From contig JBHGNT010000016.1 in NCBI GenBank assembly GCA_043228905.1, positions 2,356,001 to 2,420,000 of the forward strand: 64,000 nt of DNA, given 5' to 3'. This document shows positions 58,401-64,000 of the stretch, in pieces. The notes beneath the pieces were generated by a model that saw only the letters and a program-made list of their open reading frames with translations, made no database searches and was not told the origin of the DNA. Numbering within the stretch: position 1 is the first letter of the stretch; every line of letters begins with the position of its first letter. The DNA comes from Azolla caroliniana. Lineage: Eukaryota; Plantae; Polypodiophyta. The position numbers and the translations under genes were made by a program.

Positions 58401-61400
58401 ATCTTATGCCATCAAGAATAAATACTTTGAGAAGCTCATGGATAGAATTAGAAATCCTATGTGGCCATAACATATCAATAATTCACCATACATCAAAACA
58501 TGCTACAAAGGCTTGCTCAACAACACCATTTATCATTCGAAATTGCACGAAACATAACTGTTATCGACAACTCTTCCTTCTAAATTGAAAATGGGAAATT
58601 TGGAATTTGTTCATATCAGATCATTTCAATAGAAACTATCATAGACAACTCTCCCTTCCAGCTTGAAAATGGAAAACTCAAAATTTGTTCAAATAAGATT
58701 ATTTCAGTAGAAAATTCCTAAATTGACTCGTTTAAACAAAACCAATAATCACAACTTAAAATTCAGAAATATTGATACTCCATCTTCTAAGAGATTCTCT
58801 TATTGCAAAACAATTATCTAGTAACATCTTAATAAACAATTAATATTGTTTGAACCTTCTCATTTTCAAATATTGATCTCTAAAAGATAAGTGGTTTATC
58901 TTTGGAAATATCCATTCTCCAACTCTAGATTAAAGCATCATGAATCCTGTCTGTATGGTACATGTATAGTTTCGTTCATATTAAACATGCTTCTTGCACA
59001 CTATGCAGACTTGCTTCTTCTTGATACATATAAAATGATATTCCACTAATTTTTACAGACCTTGCGAGGTGCATGAGGCGCGGTACTGCTGCTGCTGGGG
59101 CTATGAATGTTACATTATAATTTGCCTTGTGCATGTTTATGCTCCACTATCTAGCATTATTGTCTGGTTACAGGAGTCTCTTGTGCATTATAGAGTGACA
59201 ACCTGATCCAAATTAATGTTCTGGAACTGCTTAAATGATTTAAAGCAGTAGCCAGTCATCCCTCGAGTGATTCTGTTTAAAATCACTCACAAGCTTCTGT
59301 TATGCTACTCTAAAAATACTAAAAACCTAGGTTTGCTAAATTCCACCATAACAATATATTTATGTTCTAAACCTTCCAGCACGTTGGAATGTCCTCTGAC
59401 ATATTTCTATTTTATGTTTCCCTTCACAAATCACATTCTATGATATTCCAGGCAACAATACTCAACAATGGACCTGCAAGTAATGACTGCGATGAAGATG
59501 GCATATTCCAGTGAATTATCATCAACTGTTTGAAATTTGCATACATGATTCCCTTGTACTTGTATTGTAATATCTTGGGAAGGTTAGAATAAATAAGTCA
59601 TGTAATCCAAAGATACAAAAAACTTGCTATTCTTACATTGAATAAGAGAATGAAAATTCTAACTAGAAAAACAAGCTACCTTAGAACCATATGATTTAGC
59701 TCAAACCAATGAGTTTACCTTAGAACCATATGATTTAGCTCAAACCAATAAAAACTCATAAAAGAGACAAAATCTTGCTATTATTAATTGAATACGAGAA
59801 TAAAATTTCTAAACTTCAAAAACAAGCTATCTTAGAAACATACGATTTAGTCCTACTCAATGTCTAGATAGGTCAAAGTTCCTGTAAAGAGATCACTTTG
59901 TGCTTTGTGCAATCCCATATGTGACTAGAGTGGGAATTCAGATATTGCCTGGCTGAAGCTTGAAGGTAATGTTGACTCTGCAAATCCTTGGCATAGAGAG
60001 ATGCGGAAATTGCAAATCCTTAGCATAAAGAAAGATGGATGAAGACCCGTGCATGGGCTTTCCAAGGTTCATGTTATTTGAGTAATTTATCACTAATTGA
60101 TCAGGGGATGGAATGCAGAGGGTAAAAAAACAAACCCTGAAATAGGCTCGTATCAAGTTATTAATGGATATGGCTTATCCCTGGCTATCATTCTTTTGAC
60201 GTCCATGACCTAAGCTACGTGGGGAAATCCCTAAAGACAATAAGTTATAACAGTAAAATGTGCACAAAATGAATGCATTTCCAGGTCCCCCATATTCTAG
60301 CGTTTTCAGTTTCAATCTTTCCTTGGAATTCCTCGAGGATATCATGGAATGGAGTCGTTACTAGTAGCTGACATGATCTGTCTATGTGCTCTTTGAATTG
60401 TGGCTTATCTTTTACATCCATAATATTGCATGGTCTGAATCTATGCTTTAGGTGGGAAATGTTAACTTTATGGAATTTCCTATGTTTCTAAATGCTATTG
60501 TATCAGCTCTTCATAGCAGATGCACACCTATCATCTATCCCGAAATACAGCTTCGTGCACATTATTCTTTGGATAAGTTTTTACTGTTTCAATTTTCCTG
60601 TTCCCCCAAATGAGGGGGGGGCAATAGATTTTTTTCTTCTTCTCAGAATAAATAACACTAACAGAAGCAAACAATAAGAGAAACAAATTAAACACAGAAC
60701 TTGGATTTTCTTGTGATTAGATAAATGGAAATAAAGAGGAATCATACACACCCCATACCCTTTGTGCCAGTTTTTTGACCTGCAGCAGAAATTTTCTTTC
60801 AGAAAGTCAATGTAGAGATTTGCCATCCATAGAGACTTGCCATATTCATTAAGAAGCAAATGAGCAATTTGAGCTACTCATTGAGGAAGGAGAAAGGCCA
60901 CCGAATTAATACTGGTCAAAGGCCCAAGGTTTCATAATGGTGTGGCAAAAGAGGAGACCTTGAAAAGCCATGAAGTGTATGTAGATCTGCAATGCTAAGC
61001 ATGATTAGAAGCCATGGTTTATCACTAGTGACTAACCCATTGTTGGTCTCCCATTGGTACCAGATTTAGAAGCCATGGCTTAACCATTACCACATTTAGA
61101 AGCCATGGCTTAACCACTACCACTTCTAGAAGAAAGCCTAGAATGGCACCTTTTCCATTTCCATTTCCATTTCCAAGGGGGACCAGCAGTTAAGTTTAGA
61201 GCCACTAAGTTCACCAAAAACCCTACTATAACTCGATTTGACGCAATGGAACCATTGCTTTGGAGGGATTCTACGAATTCTCGGTTGGACAAACCAAATG
61301 GCTTTTACCTGTTTTGGTGACACTTACTCGTTCAACATCTTCTGTAGTTGGCCAAGGACTTGAAATGTATTGGGTGGTGCAAGGTTGCTAGTGTTACTAA

Positions 61401-61751
61401 GTGTGATCCGCTAGATGTAAAATCTGAGAATCAAGATTAATGTTAACACTTTACTTTGTGGCTTACCTTGACATTTGAGGTGAATGAGGATCATTTATGG
61501 CCTAAGTCACCATAATATAGACATAGATGGTTTGCTCGACATCGTTGTTTGTTAGCTTCAGCCAATGACCCTAAGTATTATGTGTTGTACCAATCTCCAC
61601 TGGAGTGGGACCACCTCTTCATATCTTTGTTGGCCCTCAAATACATGTTGCACCAATCTCCATTGGATGTGGGGCCATCTCTTCATAATTTCAACTTTCA
61701 TTGGTTGATTGGGTGGGGCTCAAAAAAGGAGGGGGGGTTGCTACCACATGC

Positions 61752-61908
61752 ATAAGTCTTGTTTTCTTCTTCATTAATCCACTGTAGAACATAATTGAGT
61801 TCTTTATTGGACCTCTCACCCTTTAATGTATAAGCCTTGTTTTATTCTTCATTAATCCATTGTAGAAGATAATTGAGTTCTTTATAGGACCTCTCACCCT
61901 TTAATGTA
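61752..61908. repeat. Tandem duplication 2 x 78 bp
   Basis: Units start at 61752 and 61830 (ATAAG.CTTGTTTT.TTCTTCATTAATCCA...CCCTTTAATGT). Confidence 0.88.
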
Positions 61909-62299
61909 GCAAAAGTCAAGAAGTAGGCCCTCCACTCTTGTTGTAGCTTTTTCTTTATGTCCGCATGCCTTATCTTCTCTATAAAGATTATTATTCCCTC
62001 GCATTACATTTATGGCCTTCACCAAATTATATTTAGGGCCTAAAACGTAATCCCAATATCATATTTGCATCTTACCTAGCCTTATGCTCCATACTTCAAT
62101 TTCTATGCCATCAGTAGCATTCAGAGCCAAAATCCATGCAACAAAAAGTTAATGGGTGGTTGTCCTAAAGTTTATTAGCTTTACCTTTCAACGGAATGGT
62201 TTTCTTCGTCTTAAGTCAACCTTTTCTTATCCTAAAGTTTATTTTCCACTATTAGTTTATACATTCGGTGAGATATTCATTTTCTAGGGTCTTATAAGC

Positions 62300-63500
62300 G
62301 ATGCCGCGAATAATTGTATACTTTACTACAGATGTATGCTTTTTAGAGGGATGGGCTAAAGTTTTCAAAATTTCTTGATTCGATAAGAACATTAGTTTTG
62401 AGTATTTTTCCAACACAGTGGGTTAAGGATGATGTCAATGCTCCAAATAGTTTTGTTGTTCCTTTTGCAAGTTGCATATATACTTCTCGAGTCCTAAACC
62501 TTATGAGTATTGGGAGTAGTACATTGTTAGTGCACGTTTCTTTTTTTGTTTTCGACACTTCTTTTCTACAGGACGATTGACCTCATTGTATAAACAACAT
62601 CTTAAAAGCTTCATGCAGTAGGCTACTTTATTTTAAGATGTATCATTTAAGTTCTCCAATGACAAATGCTTCTTTCTAGTGTTTTGGATGCCTAGAGCTA
62701 AATAAAGGGTATATGGTTCATGTTTAGATCTTTTGGTGGCACCTAGTAGGGAGCTTGTGAGGTGCAGAAGTCCACGTCTTCGAAGATGTGGGGGTCTTGG
62801 AAGACGACATCAATTTGAGACATGCAAGTGATGATCTTAATGTATGTTCTCATACTCTATATGTAGGAGTCTATAAAGAGTATTAGTCTTTCGTTTTTCC
62901 ATCCCAAAAGCCAAGAGCATCATCAATGTAGAGTTTGATGAATTGGATTTTGCTTCTTTCTTCATCATTCTCTAAAAAACATAAGAATAGGCATCCATAG
63001 ACTATGACAAAATAAAAACCCATTGTTGTTCCAGAGATTGTTGCAAAAACCCTCCATCGAACTCCAAGAAATGATGTGGGCATGCTTGGGCAAGGATCAT
63101 GATAAGTTGAGTTCATCAATTGAAGCGCGAGAAATCGTATTCCTCGAGGCATATAATCCTTTTGATGTGGGCATGCTTGGGCAAAGTGACTCAAAATTGA
63201 AGAGTGATGTGTCAATGGGTAGCCAAAGTTCTTTGAGGTCTTTAAGTAGGGAAAGCGAATCCTCAATATGTTGCTTTGGTTGCTGGAATAGAGGAAACAA
63301 CTTATGGTCAAGTATAAGATATGCCTATATTTGGCTCCACCACCCCTAAACCTTTAGGTGATTTTACCCTCAATCCACATGGGAAAATCCCTTGTTGTTT
63401 TTTTGAGTAATGTAACCAATGTCTTGTATTCCTCAAGAGATTTGATGAGATAGGCCTAAAACTATGATGCATCTCTATGTCTAGAAGGTCTAGTCTTGAA
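62300..63500 (-). mobile_element. Second decayed Penelope-like element RT
   Basis: Correct motif order across frameshifts: SFRPISS, FNFESLCPSMP (D..SLYPSIP), ISGTTMG (GTAMG), FIKLYIDDALGFWDG (RYIDD..G.W); boundaries approximate. Confidence 0.7.
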
Positions 63501-64000
63501 TAGAGACGTTCATATTCATCTCTATCTAGAAGGTCTAGTTTGGAAGGGGGTTTCTTGATAGTTTGTTGTGTGTTGGGCAACTTATAAGGTTGTGTTCTCT
63601 TGAATGTGTTTGTGAGCTTTGAGGATCCTTCATTAGCAAAAGTCATAGACTTTAGGGAATTCTTACGGTAGAGTGTCTCGTTGTGGTGCCGTTAATGTGG
63701 GTTGCCTCCGGAATCCACACACACTCTTCATCTTTTTGAGGTTCACTTATTGCATCATGGTAACAAGGGCTATTTTTATAGTGTCGTAGAACATTGGTCA
63801 TTTTATAGTTCAACTCTTGATGGCTCTTTTTGTAGATTTTTTAAACATTTGGCCAATGTTTGCAATGTAATTCATGGTCATGGTTGTTAGTCTTGGCCAT
63901 TTTTACTATTTTACCTAGAGTTTTGGATCATTTTCGTAAATTGACCTACAATTATACACTTTCATATATTTCCACCAATTTCACAATTGAACTAATAATA

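Noticed and set aside
59040-60560. Scattered short AG...GT segments suggesting another gene
   Set aside because: They could not be chained into a consistent frame or recognisable protein.

Overview
Eukaryotic nuclear DNA from a land plant, most consistent with a seed-free plant such as a fern or lycophyte (inferred from intron style, SSRs, TE families and gene set). Bases 1-11755 are a GC-rich nest of Ty3/gypsy LTR retrotransposons. A head-to-tail tandem element (A; 5848-bp unit, tRNA-Trp PBS, fungal-like RT, candidate -1 frameshift between protease and RT) sits inside an inverted relative (B). B sits inside the integrase of an Athila/Tat-superclade element (C), which also carries a solo LTR (D). 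The rest is AT-rich and holds four host genes: an RWD+IMPACT (Yih1-type) gene, an intronless ERF VIII-b (ESR/DRN/LEP-like) AP2 gene, a multi-exon zf-HIT/zinc-knuckle/zf-UBP-like gene, and an intronless F-box/kelch gene with an MGCxxS N-terminus. Between and within these genes are two decayed Penelope-like RTs, L1 LINE remnants, a copia fragment, a solo LTR with a perfect TSD, short tRNA-like (SINE-head) elements and many 80-190 bp tandem duplications. No CRISPR array or prokaryotic system is present. All family assignments come from motifs read by eye and have not been checked against databases.
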